Positions 1 to 11,065 of a stretch of DNA of 63,058 nt are shown in pieces. The stretch comes from an uncultured Thiohalophilus sp. GTDB lineage: Bacteria; Pseudomonadota; Gammaproteobacteria; UBA6429; Thiohalophilaceae. The position numbers and the translations under genes are program-made. How positions within the stretch are numbered: the first letter of the stretch is position 1; each line of letters opens with the position of its first letter. Below the pieces are notes generated by a model, which searched no databases, was not told the origin of the DNA, and was given only the letters and a program-made list of their open reading frames with translations. The stretch lies in NCBI GenBank assembly GCA_964575555.1, contig CAZNRP010000002.1, positions 1-63,058 on the forward strand, in the 5' to 3' direction.

Positions 1-1661
1 ACAACAGGCTTGCGAACAATCTCAAATTCAAATTGATGAAAGCTCTTCGTGCAAAGTAGCAGCCGAACAAGTTTCAGATAAAATATTTTGTTGCGTAAAT
101 TAATCATCAGCACTGAATTAATATCATAGACTTGAGCCGGGACGATCAGACAGCGTCGTTGTTGTAGAGAAATTTGTTTTGGAATAAGCAGGCTGCGAAA
201 ATAATCCGTACCTTCACCACAACCGGCCATCGCTTTACTGGCAACCGGCACAGCCGAATCAGCAATATTCATAATACCTAAATCAAGATGATTGTCGAGG
301 CTGCTATGTAGCCAGCGAACCGCTCCGACTTTCCAGCGTAGGGGTAATTTTTCCGGTTCACAATAAGCCACCAGCTCACCCACTGCCGTATGGAGCTTGG
401 GGCAATCAACCGAACAATTCAGGGCTGCGCCATTACGACTGAAGTTGCGCTGCCACCAGGGATTGGTTTTATAAACATGGTTATGATGCAGGCGATCTTT
501 CTGCAATGCAGAATGATAAGCTGCCGCATAAGTGGTCGGTTCGATCTTATCGGAAATGATTCGCAGTTCATCCTGCTCGGGTGAAAATTCTCGACCAAGA
601 GAAATATAGTGATGACCGGCATTTAGGCCGGTTGCCATTTCGATGTTTTCGTCACTACTATAGCGCGTTCCATTGCGGGTAAGATTTCCCTGCCAGGCAT
701 CCGCCAGACGTAGAAGCATATCGCGTTGGCAGCGTTGCCGCATGAGGGAGTGATTAGCATCATCTTCCAGCTCCAGAATGTTTGCCCGTAAGACACGTTG
801 TAGTTGCGTATCAAGGCGTTTTTGCACTTCACTGATATCCAGCAGATAACCTTTTTTAGCTACCCATTCTATTTCGCTGGAGACAAAGCGCGGTGGATTG
901 TCAGCATTGGCATCCAGACTGAACTCACCTACACAGGGCATGTTGGAGGAAGGTAGTAGCTCGCAGTTATTGGACCAGGCGGAAAGCAGGTAGTAAAACT
1001 CTCGCGCCTCGTTTTTCATTAAATGATAAGGCTCGGCGAGTGATAGCAGGACGATGCGTTTGTAAATAAGACTGATGGTATTGACTATTGGAATGCTGAT
1101 GTCAGGAAAGGGATCATCAACGGGTAAGGTTGCCATTGCCGTTTCAGTGGCATATTGAAATAGCTGATGCAATTCAAGCCAGCAATTTTTGGGCTCAGGC
1201 ATATAGACCAGATAAGCTTCGAGTAACTGGCGGGCAAGGTATTGTGAGGAAAAGTAGAGTGCCTCACGTAGCAACATATCATCATGCTCACGGTGTGGGC
1301 GGCTGATGGCTAATTGATTAACTACCAGTTTATAGCCCATTGCCATTCCAGAGAGAATATTCTGCAGGAGCTGGTTGCGTTCAAGTGCACGAGTGCTAAG
1401 GGGAATATGCGATTTGCGTACATGCTGGCTGAGCGTATTAATGAGTTGCTGAGCTAATGGCCGCAAATTATCCATTAGACAGGCGCGATCCTGTGGTGGA
1501 TAGTGGGCATTATTTAATTCACCCAGCTGTTTTATAAATTGAGTTGCCGTACGTTGGCAGTTTGCGGTGGGCAGATCATTTATCCAGCGTTTTAGCTTTT
1601 TAGCGCGGATATAGGGTTTGGGGCGGCGATTGGCCTGAATAGGTAGATTTAAAATAGGCAT
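1..1661 (-). CDS. Hypothetical protein, 3'-truncated by the window edge (>553 aa); C-terminal part weakly PilZ-like
   Basis: Absent from the ORF track because it has no in-window stop. Hand translation of the minus strand from the ATG at 1661-1659 (MPILNLPIQANRRPKPYIRAKKLKRWINDL...) stays open to base 1. RNFSR (RxxxR-like) followed by RWKVGAVRWLH...LGI resembles a degenerate PilZ barrel. No other family recognised. Confidence 0.6.
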   Translation of the reverse strand, partial: MPILNLPIQANRRPKPYIRAKKLKRWINDLPTANCQRTATQFIKQLGELNNAHYPPQDRACLMDNLRPLAQQLINTLSQHVRKSHIPLSTRALERNQLLQNILSGMAMGYKLVVNQLAISRPHREHDDMLLREALYFSSQYLARQLLEAYLVYMPEPKNCWLELHQLFQYATETAMATLPVDDPFPDISIPIVNTISLIYKRIVLLSLAEPYHLMKNEAREFYYLLSAWSNNCELLPSSNMPCVGEFSLDANADNPPRFVSSEIEWVAKKGYLLDISEVQKRLDTQLQRVLRANILELEDDANHSLMRQRCQRDMLLRLADAWQGNLTRNGTRYSSDENIEMATGLNAGHHYISLGREFSPEQDELRIISDKIEPTTYAAAYHSALQKDRLHHNHVYKTNPWWQRNFSRNGAALNCSVDCPKLHTAVGELVAYCEPEKLPLRWKVGAVRWLHSSLDNHLDLGIMNIADSAVPVASKAMAGCGEGTDYFRSLLIPKQISLQQRRCLIVPAQVYDINSVLMINLRNKIFYLKLVRLLLCTKSFHQFEFEIVRKPV

Positions 1662-1871
1662 AGGTACCGAATAATGCATAGTAGTAGAATCGAATTCAGA
1701 CGTTGACTTAGGTTCAGGCATACACCGTAAGATCGGCAAAACTTGACTAACCTTTAATCAAACAAGGGAATTTGCCGGATATTTTGTATCAGGGTCTATT
1801 TTTTTTCAGCATCTGTCAATTTTTTGTGTTTAAGCGCATCTAAGTGACCTTGTATAAACAGAGAAAAGTAT

Positions 1872-2405
1872 ATGTTCACACGACCCTCTCCCCATTTATT
1901 TTTGCTGATACCTGTTTTCATGCTTGCTGCTTGTGCCTATCAGCGGCCGGCCGGGGACTGGCACTCGATAAAAAGCGCTATACTTTATTTTTCAGAAATT
2001 GAATTACCGGCAAATGCAGTAGATCCAACCTATCCTGATTTATGCCGGGAAGCAAAAAAAGAGATGAGCCGACAGTTACTCAAACGTCTACCCGCAAGGA
2101 TAAAGCCCCTCGCCTTACAGGTGACAAAAGTTACGGGTGGGGTGGAATTTCAGATGAAAATTAGCAACTGTGCTGTTGATTTTAAGCAGTGGGATGCCTC
2201 ATTCACCTATTATCTGACTCTGAATGTTGACGTTGTTTTAAAAGATAAAAAGAAAATACTGATGGCGTACAGCATGGAAACTTACGAACAATTGCAGACC
2301 GATATTCCCAGCCCTGATTTCGATTTTACCTTTGAGGAGCCGATTGCCCGAAGTTTGAATTTGTTTGAAGCTGGAAGAGTGTGGGTGCCGGTTAAGAATA
2401 ACTAA
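1872..2405 (+). CDS. Putative lipoprotein, unknown function
   Basis: 177-aa ORF. N-terminal signal peptide ends in a lipobox (VFMLAAC). A strong hairpin terminator follows. Confidence 0.6.
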   Translation: MFTRPSPHLFLLIPVFMLAACAYQRPAGDWHSIKSAILYFSEIELPANAVDPTYPDLCREAKKEMSRQLLKRLPARIKPLALQVTKVTGGVEFQMKISNCAVDFKQWDASFTYYLTLNVDVVLKDKKKILMAYSMETYEQLQTDIPSPDFDFTFEEPIARSLNLFEAGRVWVPVKNN

Positions 2406-2426
2406 TGCACACTAATTAGCAGACAA

Positions 2427-2454
2427 TAAAAACCCTGCAAAAGCAGGGTTTTTG
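2427..2454. terminator. Bidirectional rho-independent terminator between convergent genes
   Basis: Stem aaccctgc (2431-2438), loop aaaa, stem gcagggtt (2443-2450). An A-run lies upstream and a T-run downstream. Confidence 0.7.
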
Positions 2455-2484
2455 GTATTGCTCTATTTTCCTGTTTAACGACGC

Positions 2485-2739
<255 letters not shown>

Positions 2740-2775
2740 TTATACTCCAAATCTTTATATCGCTGACCCCTTATA

Positions 2776-3279
<504 letters not shown>

Positions 3280-3320
3280 TTAGCTCGAGGCGAATTAAAA
3301 CAGCCTAATTGAGCGATAGT

Positions 3321-3920
3321 CTACCCCTGATCGATATGTCGCACCAGATAGTAGCTAACCTGCCCGGCACTTTTTTGTCGATGGATGCTCCAGGCTTCGG
3401 GCAGCAAGGGCGTGGTTTCATCCTCGCTGGCTTCAAAATATAGATAGCCGGACAGGCTTAATAATTCCTGCTGGAAGATTGCATCGATACAGGGTTGTAA
3501 TAATTCCTGATGATAGGGCGGGTCGAGAAAAATAAGATCAAATTTTGTATTCAGTGAAGACAGGGCATGCAAGGCATCAGATTGTTGCAGTTGAGTGTTT
3601 TGCTCAGCTTGCAGCAGGGCAAGGTTTTTTTGCAGGGCGGCGATCACTAGAGCCTGGCTGTCTACCAGTATCACGCTGGCAGCACCACGTGAAAGGGCTT
3701 CGAAACCCAGTGCACCGCTGCCGGCAAAAAGATCCAGACAGCGGCTGCCACGGATCATCGGATCCAGCCAGTTAAACAGGGTTTCCCGAACCCGATCTGG
3801 GGTGGGACGCAAGTCCTGTGCATCCGGAAAATCCAGTTTACGTCCGCGCCAGTGACCACCAATGATGCGCAACTGGTTGCGCGTTTTTTTAGTCGTCGTG
3901 TTTTTGCGGCGCATCACCAC
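3321..3920 (-). CDS. rsmD: 16S rRNA (guanine966-N2)-methyltransferase
   Basis: LRIIGGHWRGRKLDFPDAQDLRPTPDRVRETLFNWL, the FAGSGALGFEALSRGA SAM motif and DPPY. The start (3920 or 3914) overlaps the upstream gene end. Confidence 0.9.
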   Translation of the reverse strand: MVMRRKNTTTKKTRNQLRIIGGHWRGRKLDFPDAQDLRPTPDRVRETLFNWLDPMIRGSRCLDLFAGSGALGFEALSRGAASVILVDSQALVIAALQKNLALLQAEQNTQLQQSDALHALSSLNTKFDLIFLDPPYHQELLQPCIDAIFQQELLSLSGYLYFEASEDETTPLLPEAWSIHRQKSAGQVSYYLVRHIDQG

Positions 3921-5223
3921 CTACCATCACGGTTATAAGTTTGTCAGGATGGACGCGACGACGAAAGGCATCCTGAACTTTTTCAGCTGTGATCGCTTCA
4001 ATCTTAGCGTTAAATTTTCCAAGATAGTCCAGTGGTAAATTATAAAAACCGATCATAACGATATAGCCGATGATGTCTTTATTGCTGTCGATGCGCAGCG
4101 GAAAGCCCCCGGTGATATTTTTGATCGCATGCTGCATTTCTTTTTCAGTTGGTCCTTCTTTAATAAAGGTTTGCAAAATTTCATTTAACAGGGCCAGTGC
4201 TTCATCACGTTGAGCGTTGCTGGTTTGCAGGCCCATCTGGAATGGCCCGGGTAATCGCATGGGGATGAAGTAGCTGTAACTGCTGTAGGCCAGTCCACGC
4301 TTTTCGCGAATTTCCTGCATGATGCGTGAGCCAAAACCACTGCCGCCAAGAATGTGATTACCGACATAAAGTGCGAAGTAATCCGGATCGCCACGGTACA
4401 GTCCCGGCTGACCTACCAGTATATGCGTCTGGGTAGATGGGTGGGTTTTCTTAATGGTCTGAGCTTTACTTAACGGAGTGACGGCGGGCAGAGTTGGTGC
4501 CGGTTTTCCTTCGGGTAGTTTGGCGAGCAGCTCATTGGCAAGTTGCGTTGCCTGCTTAAGATCAACATCGCCGACGATGGCAATCAAGGCATTACTGGCA
4601 ACATAATAACGTTGATAAAAAGTCTGCAGATCTTTTCTGCTTATTGTCTTGATGCTGGTTTCCGTACCCAGTGTGGGTGATGCATAGGGGTGATCGTTAT
4701 AGAGTGCTTTATAAAATGTTTTATTGGCAATGGTGCCCGGAGATTGCAGCTGTGATTTTAAAGCAATCAGAGTTTGCTTGCGCATTCGTGTCAGTTCTTT
4801 TTTGTCGAAGCGCGGCTGGGTTAAGATTGTTTGCAGGGTGAGCAGTGCCGTGTTCAGTAATTCCTTATCATTCAGGCTGCGCAAGCTGAGACTGGCACTA
4901 TCACGCATGGCCGAGCTTGAAAAAACAGCCCCGATATCATCAAAGCGTTCGGCTAGCGTGTCGGTGTTCCAGTCCCCTGCGCCCTTACTGAGCATGGTAT
5001 TGGTTAAACGTGCTAGTCCCGGCTGTTTGCCATCACGTGCGCTGCCGGCATCAAACACAATACGCACATCAACCATCGGTAGTTGGGGTGCATAGACATA
5101 CATGACTTTTGCACCGTTAGTAGTTTGCCAGGTCTGGATTTTGACGCTGTTGTCGGCGCTGACATTTGTCTGCAACAGTAAAAAAGTAATGCTGACGGCA
5201 AATATTCGATTTACGAGGTTCAT
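3889..5223 (-). CDS. M16 (pitrilysin/insulinase) family protein, non-catalytic partner
   Basis: M16 fold-like sequence lacking HxxEH. Start moved to the internal ATG at 5223 (MNLVNRIFAVSITFLLLQTNVSA signal peptide, AGGA upstream). Confidence 0.85.
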   Translation of the reverse strand: MNLVNRIFAVSITFLLLQTNVSADNSVKIQTWQTTNGAKVMYVYAPQLPMVDVRIVFDAGSARDGKQPGLARLTNTMLSKGAGDWNTDTLAERFDDIGAVFSSSAMRDSASLSLRSLNDKELLNTALLTLQTILTQPRFDKKELTRMRKQTLIALKSQLQSPGTIANKTFYKALYNDHPYASPTLGTETSIKTISRKDLQTFYQRYYVASNALIAIVGDVDLKQATQLANELLAKLPEGKPAPTLPAVTPLSKAQTIKKTHPSTQTHILVGQPGLYRGDPDYFALYVGNHILGGSGFGSRIMQEIREKRGLAYSSYSYFIPMRLPGPFQMGLQTSNAQRDEALALLNEILQTFIKEGPTEKEMQHAIKNITGGFPLRIDSNKDIIGYIVMIGFYNLPLDYLGKFNAKIEAITAEKVQDAFRRRVHPDKLITVMVGGDAPQKHDD

Positions 5224-5278
5224 AGGGTTTCCTGAATTTCGGGTAAAAAGTATGTCTACTAAAAATTTAACTGCTGGT

Positions 5279-6634
5279 TTAATCTGCGGCTGTCGCATTA
5301 TCCAGCGGCAGGGGTTCAAGCACCGCCACCGTTAAGCTGTCGTTTATCAGGTATTTTTTAGCCACCTGCTGTACCTGTTCTGCAGTAATGGTACGCACTC
5401 TATCAGCATACTCATCCATGCGTTGCCAGCCCAGCCCCACCGTTTCCAGCGTGCCAAGTTGCATAGCCTGATAGAAAATAGAATCTCGTTCATAGACTTT
5501 ACCGGCAACCACCTGGGCTTTTATGCGCGCCAGCTCTTTCGTGGTTACTGGCGTGTCTTTTATTTGCTGCAACTGTGCCTGTATCGCCGCCTCGACTTCT
5601 TCTACCGTATGTCCGGCAGCAGGCGTTGCATCGAGTAAAAAAATTTCAGCCTGACGTGCATACAGGTTATACCCAACATCAGCACTCACGGCGATCTGTT
5701 GTTTGCGTACCAGCTCTTTGGGGAAGCGTGCACTGCTACCCCCGCTGAGGACTCCAGCAAGTACTTCCAGTGCATAGGGTTCCCAGTCATGTTCGGCGGT
5801 TTTTAAAACTGGGACTTTGTAACCCATCAACAGGTAGGGAAGCTTGGCAGGAACTCGTACGGTAATGCGCCGGGTACTTTTTTGCGTGGGTTCAATCCGT
5901 GGTTTAAGTGCCTGTAAATCAGAAGGCGGGATGTCGGCAAAATATTTTTCAGCCAGGGCTTTGACTTCATCGGCGTTGACATCACCGGCCACTACCAGGG
6001 TGGCATTATTGGGTGCATACCAGCGTGCATACCAGGGCTTAAGATCCTCAACTTTGAGGTTTTGCAGATCGTTCATCCAGCCAATAATGGGCTGGTGATA
6101 GGGGCTGCTGATCCAGGCGCTGGCATTAAATTTTTCGTAGACCAGCGAGTGCGGTTTGTCTTCGGTGCGCATCTGCCGTTCTTCGATGACGACGGCCAGT
6201 TCTTTTTTGAAATGATCCGGCGGCAGGATCAAATTACGCATGCGATCGGCTTCCATTTCAAAGCTGATAGGCAGACGACTTTTTTCCAGTTGCTGAAAGT
6301 AGGCGGTGTAGTCACGCCCGGTGAAGGCATTCTCACGGCCACCGTTTTCAGCAATAATTTTAGAAAATTCACCGGGGCCGTGTTTCTTTGTACCCTTGAA
6401 CATCATGTGTTCAAGCACATGTGAGACACCGGTAATGCCATTGTATTCGTAGCTGGCGCCGACCTTGTACCAGATTTGTGAAACCACCACCGGGGCGCGA
6501 TGATCTTCTTTGACCAGTAATTTCAGACCATTTTTCAGGGTGAATTCATGTACCGGACTTTCACTTTCGACCGCCTGTGTGGCGGAAATAAGCCCACTAA
6601 ATAGAAAAAGTCCCAGTAGCGTCATGCGCAGCAT
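5279..6634 (-). CDS. M16 family zinc peptidase, catalytic subunit
   Basis: HVLEH zinc-binding motif (GVSHVLEHMMFKGT). Signal peptide MLRMTLLGLFLFSGLISATQA. Start chosen at 6634 (GAGG upstream); 6652 is an alternative. Confidence 0.85.
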   Translation of the reverse strand: MLRMTLLGLFLFSGLISATQAVESESPVHEFTLKNGLKLLVKEDHRAPVVVSQIWYKVGASYEYNGITGVSHVLEHMMFKGTKKHGPGEFSKIIAENGGRENAFTGRDYTAYFQQLEKSRLPISFEMEADRMRNLILPPDHFKKELAVVIEERQMRTEDKPHSLVYEKFNASAWISSPYHQPIIGWMNDLQNLKVEDLKPWYARWYAPNNATLVVAGDVNADEVKALAEKYFADIPPSDLQALKPRIEPTQKSTRRITVRVPAKLPYLLMGYKVPVLKTAEHDWEPYALEVLAGVLSGGSSARFPKELVRKQQIAVSADVGYNLYARQAEIFLLDATPAAGHTVEEVEAAIQAQLQQIKDTPVTTKELARIKAQVVAGKVYERDSIFYQAMQLGTLETVGLGWQRMDEYADRVRTITAEQVQQVAKKYLINDSLTVAVLEPLPLDNATAAD

Positions 6635-6814
6635 AAAAATACCTCGTAGCATTGTTGATGATTCCCTATATTGTTGTTCGTCCGGGTGCGTAAAAATCCC
6701 TGAGCATGATAGGATACCGTATTTCGGCATATCGCCTATCTTTGATCTCTATATAGATAAAGTGATCAAATAATACAGGCAGCCTAAACTGCCTGCTCTA
6801 CGACCTCAAATAGT

Positions 6815-7906
6815 ATGTTTAGTTTCAGAAGATCAAAATCGAAAGCAAAAAACACCGAATCGAAAGAAGCGGAAAATAGCGAGGCTCTCAGCCCGGCGGC
6901 GGACAAGGCTGAGCCGGAAGTGCCAGCGGTGCCAGAACCTGTTCAGGAACCCATGCCCACGGCGACAGCGGAACCGGCCAAAACCCCCGGTCTGTTTGGC
7001 CGCCTCCGGCAGGGTCTGTCGCGCACGCGCTCAAATTTAACCGAAGGCATTGCCAGTCTGGCCCTGGGTCGTAAGGCCATTGATGATGAGTTGCTGGAGG
7101 ATATTGAGACCCAGTTGCTCACGGCGGATGTTGGGGTGGAGGCAACGCAGCGCATTATTGCTGATTTGACCCGGCGCATTTCGCGCAAGGAACTCAAAGA
7201 TGCCGATGCGTTGATGGTGGCGCTGAAAGAAGATATGGCCGCGATTCTTGAACCTTGCTCGACCCCCTTAAACATAGAGGTGTCGAGCACAACCTACGTC
7301 ATTCTTATGATTGGCATTAATGGCGCAGGCAAAACTACCACCATCGGCAAGCTGGCCAAACACCTGCAGGCCCAGGGTAAATCCGTGATGCTGGCGGCCG
7401 GGGATACTTTTCGTGCGGCCGCGGTTGAGCAATTGCAGGCCTGGGGTGAGCGCAATAATATTCCCGTTATTGCGCAGCAAAGCGGAGCAGATAGTGCCTC
7501 GGTGATTTATGACGGACTGGAAGCGGCACGTGCGCGCGGAATCGATGTTTTGATTGCGGATACCGCCGGGCGGTTGCATACGCAGAGCAATCTGATGGAA
7601 GAATTGAAAAAAATTAAACGGGTGATGGGTAAGCTGGATGCCAATGCCCCGCATGAGGTGATGCTGGTGGTGGATGGCGGAACCGGTCAGAACGCGCTGA
7701 ATCAGGCAGTAGAATTCCATCAGGCCATTGGTCTCACCGGCATTAGTTTGACCAAGCTCGACGGCACCGCGAAAGGCGGGGTAATTTTTGCGATAGCGAA
7801 TAAATTGCAGCTGCCGATTCGTTTTATCGGTGTGGGTGAAGGCATCGATGATTTACGTCCCTTCAATGCCGGTGAATTTGTCGCCGCTCTGTTCGGTGAT
7901 GATTGA
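6815..7906 (+). CDS. ftsY: Signal recognition particle receptor FtsY
   Basis: Acidic, Pro-rich N-terminal domain followed by an SRP GTPase domain (GINGAGKTTTIGKLA, DTAGRL, TKLDGTAKGG). Confidence 0.95.
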   Translation: MFSFRRSKSKAKNTESKEAENSEALSPAADKAEPEVPAVPEPVQEPMPTATAEPAKTPGLFGRLRQGLSRTRSNLTEGIASLALGRKAIDDELLEDIETQLLTADVGVEATQRIIADLTRRISRKELKDADALMVALKEDMAAILEPCSTPLNIEVSSTTYVILMIGINGAGKTTTIGKLAKHLQAQGKSVMLAAGDTFRAAAVEQLQAWGERNNIPVIAQQSGADSASVIYDGLEAARARGIDVLIADTAGRLHTQSNLMEELKKIKRVMGKLDANAPHEVMLVVDGGTGQNALNQAVEFHQAIGLTGISLTKLDGTAKGGVIFAIANKLQLPIRFIGVGEGIDDLRPFNAGEFVAALFGDD

Positions 7907-7922
7907 GTAATGTTGCGCGACT

Positions 7923-8609
7923 ATGATTCGATTTAGCCATGCCTGCAAGCGTTATCCCGGGGGCTATGACGCACTGAATCGGGTGAATTTTCATATGCCG
8001 GCCGGGCAAATGGCTTTTTTGACCGGGCATTCCGGTGCGGGTAAAAGTACGCTGTTGAAATTAATTGCTCTGCTGGAACGTAGCAGTCGGGGTCAGGTGT
8101 TTGTTAACGGGCAGAATTTGGCTAAAGTCAGTCGTAAACGGATTCCATTTTTTCGCCGCAATATTGGCATTATTTTTCAGGATCACCAGTTATTATTTGA
8201 CCGCACGGTGTTTGATAATGTGGCCCTGCCGCTGATTATCGCCGGCCTGCCCCGGCGGGATATTGGCAAACGGGTACGGGCGGCACTGGATAAAGTCGGC
8301 CTGTTGAAAAAAGAAAAAGTGTATCCGGTAACGCTGTCCGGCGGTGAACAGCAGCGAGTGGGCATTGCCCGCGCAGTGGTCAACAAGCCGCCCCTTCTGC
8401 TGGCGGATGAACCTACCGGGAATCTCGATCCGGAACTGTCCCGTGAGATCATGCATATTTTTGAAGATTTCAGTCAGGTCGGAGTGACCGTGCTGGTAGC
8501 CAGTCATGATCTGGAGTTAATTTCTCAACTACCCTACCGGCAGCTGATTCTCAAAGGCGGGCAGCTGGTGGGCGATACCGATCCCTCCCCGCAGGAAGCA
8601 GGCGTATGA
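7923..8609 (+). CDS. ftsE: Cell division ATP-binding protein FtsE
   Basis: ABC ATPase with Walker A (GHSGAGKST), signature LSGGEQQR and Walker B (LLLADEPT). Lies in ftsYEX order. Confidence 0.95.
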   Translation: MIRFSHACKRYPGGYDALNRVNFHMPAGQMAFLTGHSGAGKSTLLKLIALLERSSRGQVFVNGQNLAKVSRKRIPFFRRNIGIIFQDHQLLFDRTVFDNVALPLIIAGLPRRDIGKRVRAALDKVGLLKKEKVYPVTLSGGEQQRVGIARAVVNKPPLLLADEPTGNLDPELSREIMHIFEDFSQVGVTVLVASHDLELISQLPYRQLILKGGQLVGDTDPSPQEAGV

Positions 8610-9547
8610 GCAAGCTGGACATTGTCACTCGCAGCCAGGTATTGCTGCTGCGGCATCTGCAGGTTTTTTTCTACAGTCTGGGGCAGCTCAGCCGCCAGCC
8701 CATGTCTTTATTTATGACCGCTGCGGTGATCGGCATTGCTCTAGCCCTGCCTACCGGCCTGCATGTGCTGTTGCAAAATGCACAGCAGATCAGCGGGGGC
8801 TGGGATGGTGCCGCGCAAATTTCCCTGTTCCTAAAAAAATCAGTTACTGATAAGCAGGCGAAAAATATGGCAAACAAGCTGCGCCAGCGCAAAGAGATTG
8901 CCAAGGTTAGCTATGTCTCACGTGAGCAGGCGTTGAAAGAATTTCAGCAACAATCGGGTTTTGGTGATGCGCTCAAAGCACTGGTTAAAAATCCCCTGCC
9001 TTCAGTATTGATAGTGCAGCCGGTGCTGGCAAACAGCCAGCCGCAACAGACCGCCATGCTGCTGGAGGAGTTGCGGAAAAATGTGCGGGTGGATGTGGCG
9101 CAACTGGATATGCAATGGGTAAAGCGCCTGTATGCAATTATGGATATCGTGCGTCGTGGGGTGGTGGTGCTCGCGGGCCTGCTTGCACTGGCGGTGCTGC
9201 TGGTGGTGGGCAACACCATTCGTCTGGCAATTCAGAATCGTCGTGCGGAAATTGTGGTGATGAAACTGATTGGTGGTACGGATGCTTTTATCCGACGGCC
9301 TTTTTTGTACACCGGATTTTGGTACGGTTTTTTCGGGGCACTAATGGCCTTTATAATGGTTTATATTGCCCTACTATTGCTCAGTGGCCCGGTGGAGAAA
9401 TTAACTGCTCTGTATCATAATAATTTTGAATTATCACGGCTGGATCTCAGTACCGTGCTGGTGTTGCTGCTGACAGGTGTTATGCTGGGTCTGGTGGGAT
9501 CCTGGCTGGCGGTGGGACGGCACTTGCGTGATATCGAACCTGTGTGA
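8606..9547 (+). CDS. ftsX: Cell division permease-like protein FtsX
   Basis: Overlaps the ftsE stop (ATGA). 313 aa with four hydrophobic segments and a periplasmic loop, in the FtsX position. Confidence 0.9.
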   Translation: MSKLDIVTRSQVLLLRHLQVFFYSLGQLSRQPMSLFMTAAVIGIALALPTGLHVLLQNAQQISGGWDGAAQISLFLKKSVTDKQAKNMANKLRQRKEIAKVSYVSREQALKEFQQQSGFGDALKALVKNPLPSVLIVQPVLANSQPQQTAMLLEELRKNVRVDVAQLDMQWVKRLYAIMDIVRRGVVVLAGLLALAVLLVVGNTIRLAIQNRRAEIVVMKLIGGTDAFIRRPFLYTGFWYGFFGALMAFIMVYIALLLLSGPVEKLTALYHNNFELSRLDLSTVLVLLLTGVMLGLVGSWLAVGRHLRDIEPV

Positions 9548-9658
9548 GATGAATCTGGTTGAGATCTTCCCCCTATATTTCTGGAACAGCTCTAAAAATG
9601 CAGATAAAAGTTCAAAATTCCATTCACCTGCCGATATAAGCGTTTACACATTTTTATT

Positions 9659-11065
9659 ATGTATAAGAAGCTCATGTCGAACCAGAAAACCTGTATTCTC
9701 GTCGTTGACGGCTCCTCTGTGTCCCGGGAAATTCTGTCCCGGATCCTGCGGGAGGAATTAGCGGATAGCGAAATCGTCAGTTGTAAATCCGGTGCTGAAG
9801 CGATGACTTTGCTAAGCACAAGAAAGGTCGATCTGGTCACCACAGCTCTGTTGCTGGCCGATATGGATGGTCTGGCATTGAGCCGTAAAATTCGTGATAC
9901 TTTTCAGCACCCCTTTATTCCCTTGGTCGTGGTTTCCGGTGATGCCGATAGCCGCCTGCTGCGTGAAGGCTATGAGGCTGGAGTAACCGATTACTTCGAT
10001 AAATCAAATGGTTATAAAGCTTTTGGCGCTTTCATTCATGGGTTTTTACAACGCAATTCTGGTCTGGTGGGCAATATTCTGTTCATTGAGGACAGCCGCA
10101 CGACCGCCGCTGTGTTGTTGAAAATCATGACTAAAAATGGACTTGAAGTCACCCATGTGAGCTCAGCCGAAGGCGCATTGGAGATGATTGAAGCCTCGAT
10201 CAGAGAAAATGGAGATAGCGAAGCAGAAGCTATCCTCACCTTTGATCTGGTAATTACCGATTTTTATCTTGAAGGTGAAATGACCGGCGGTGATCTGTTG
10301 CACGCTATTCGTGCCAAGCACCATCTTTCGCAGCAGGAATTGCCGGTGCTGGTACTCACCGGCAGTGATGATCCCAGTACTCAGGTGGAGATTTTTCATG
10401 CTGGGGGCAATGATTTCGTGCATAAACCCATTATTGAAGAAATTCTCATTGCCCGGGTGCGGGCGCTGTTATTGATCAAGCATCAGTTTGATGCCTTGAG
10501 AAAACAGACCGAAACCATGCGCTGGATAGCCGCCACTGATAGTCTCACCGGCGTGCGCAGCAAGCGCTATCTAGTTGATAATGGTGAGGAATTTATTCGT
10601 TTACCCGAAAATCAGGGCGTCTGGGCGATCATCATTGATATCGATCATTTCAAAAATATTAATGATAACCTCGGCCACATCACCGGCGATCACGTGCTGG
10701 CGGAACTGGGTGAATTTCTTAATAGCCATTTTTCGGATGATATGGCGGTACGTTTTGGTGGTGAGGAGTTTTGCCTGCTGGTTAAAAATTGCGATCGGGA
10801 AGCGATTCTCCAGCGCAGTGAGGAATTGCGTGAGCAGATAGAGAATCTGAAACCCGCCGGGGTGGAAGTGAGAATCAGCCTTGGCGTGGCCGGGGTCGAG
10901 GAGCATCCCGAGGCTAATTTGACCCAGTTGATCTCACTGGCAGACAAGGGCCTGTACTATTCTAAGGAAGCCGGACGTAATCGGGTCAGTGTATACGGCC
11001 CCAATGGCCCTGAATTATATCCGGCTTCTAAAATTCCCGGCCTGCAGCAGCCTCGTCAGGCCTGA
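9659..11065 (+). CDS. Response regulator with two receiver domains and a GGDEF diguanylate cyclase domain
   Basis: REC1 (ILVVDGSS...LLLADMDGLAL), REC2 (ILFIEDSR...DLVITDFYLEGEMTGGDLL) and a GGDEF domain with RFGGEEF. Confidence 0.85.
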   Translation: MYKKLMSNQKTCILVVDGSSVSREILSRILREELADSEIVSCKSGAEAMTLLSTRKVDLVTTALLLADMDGLALSRKIRDTFQHPFIPLVVVSGDADSRLLREGYEAGVTDYFDKSNGYKAFGAFIHGFLQRNSGLVGNILFIEDSRTTAAVLLKIMTKNGLEVTHVSSAEGALEMIEASIRENGDSEAEAILTFDLVITDFYLEGEMTGGDLLHAIRAKHHLSQQELPVLVLTGSDDPSTQVEIFHAGGNDFVHKPIIEEILIARVRALLLIKHQFDALRKQTETMRWIAATDSLTGVRSKRYLVDNGEEFIRLPENQGVWAIIIDIDHFKNINDNLGHITGDHVLAELGEFLNSHFSDDMAVRFGGEEFCLLVKNCDREAILQRSEELREQIENLKPAGVEVRISLGVAGVEEHPEANLTQLISLADKGLYYSKEAGRNRVSVYGPNGPELYPASKIPGLQQPRQA

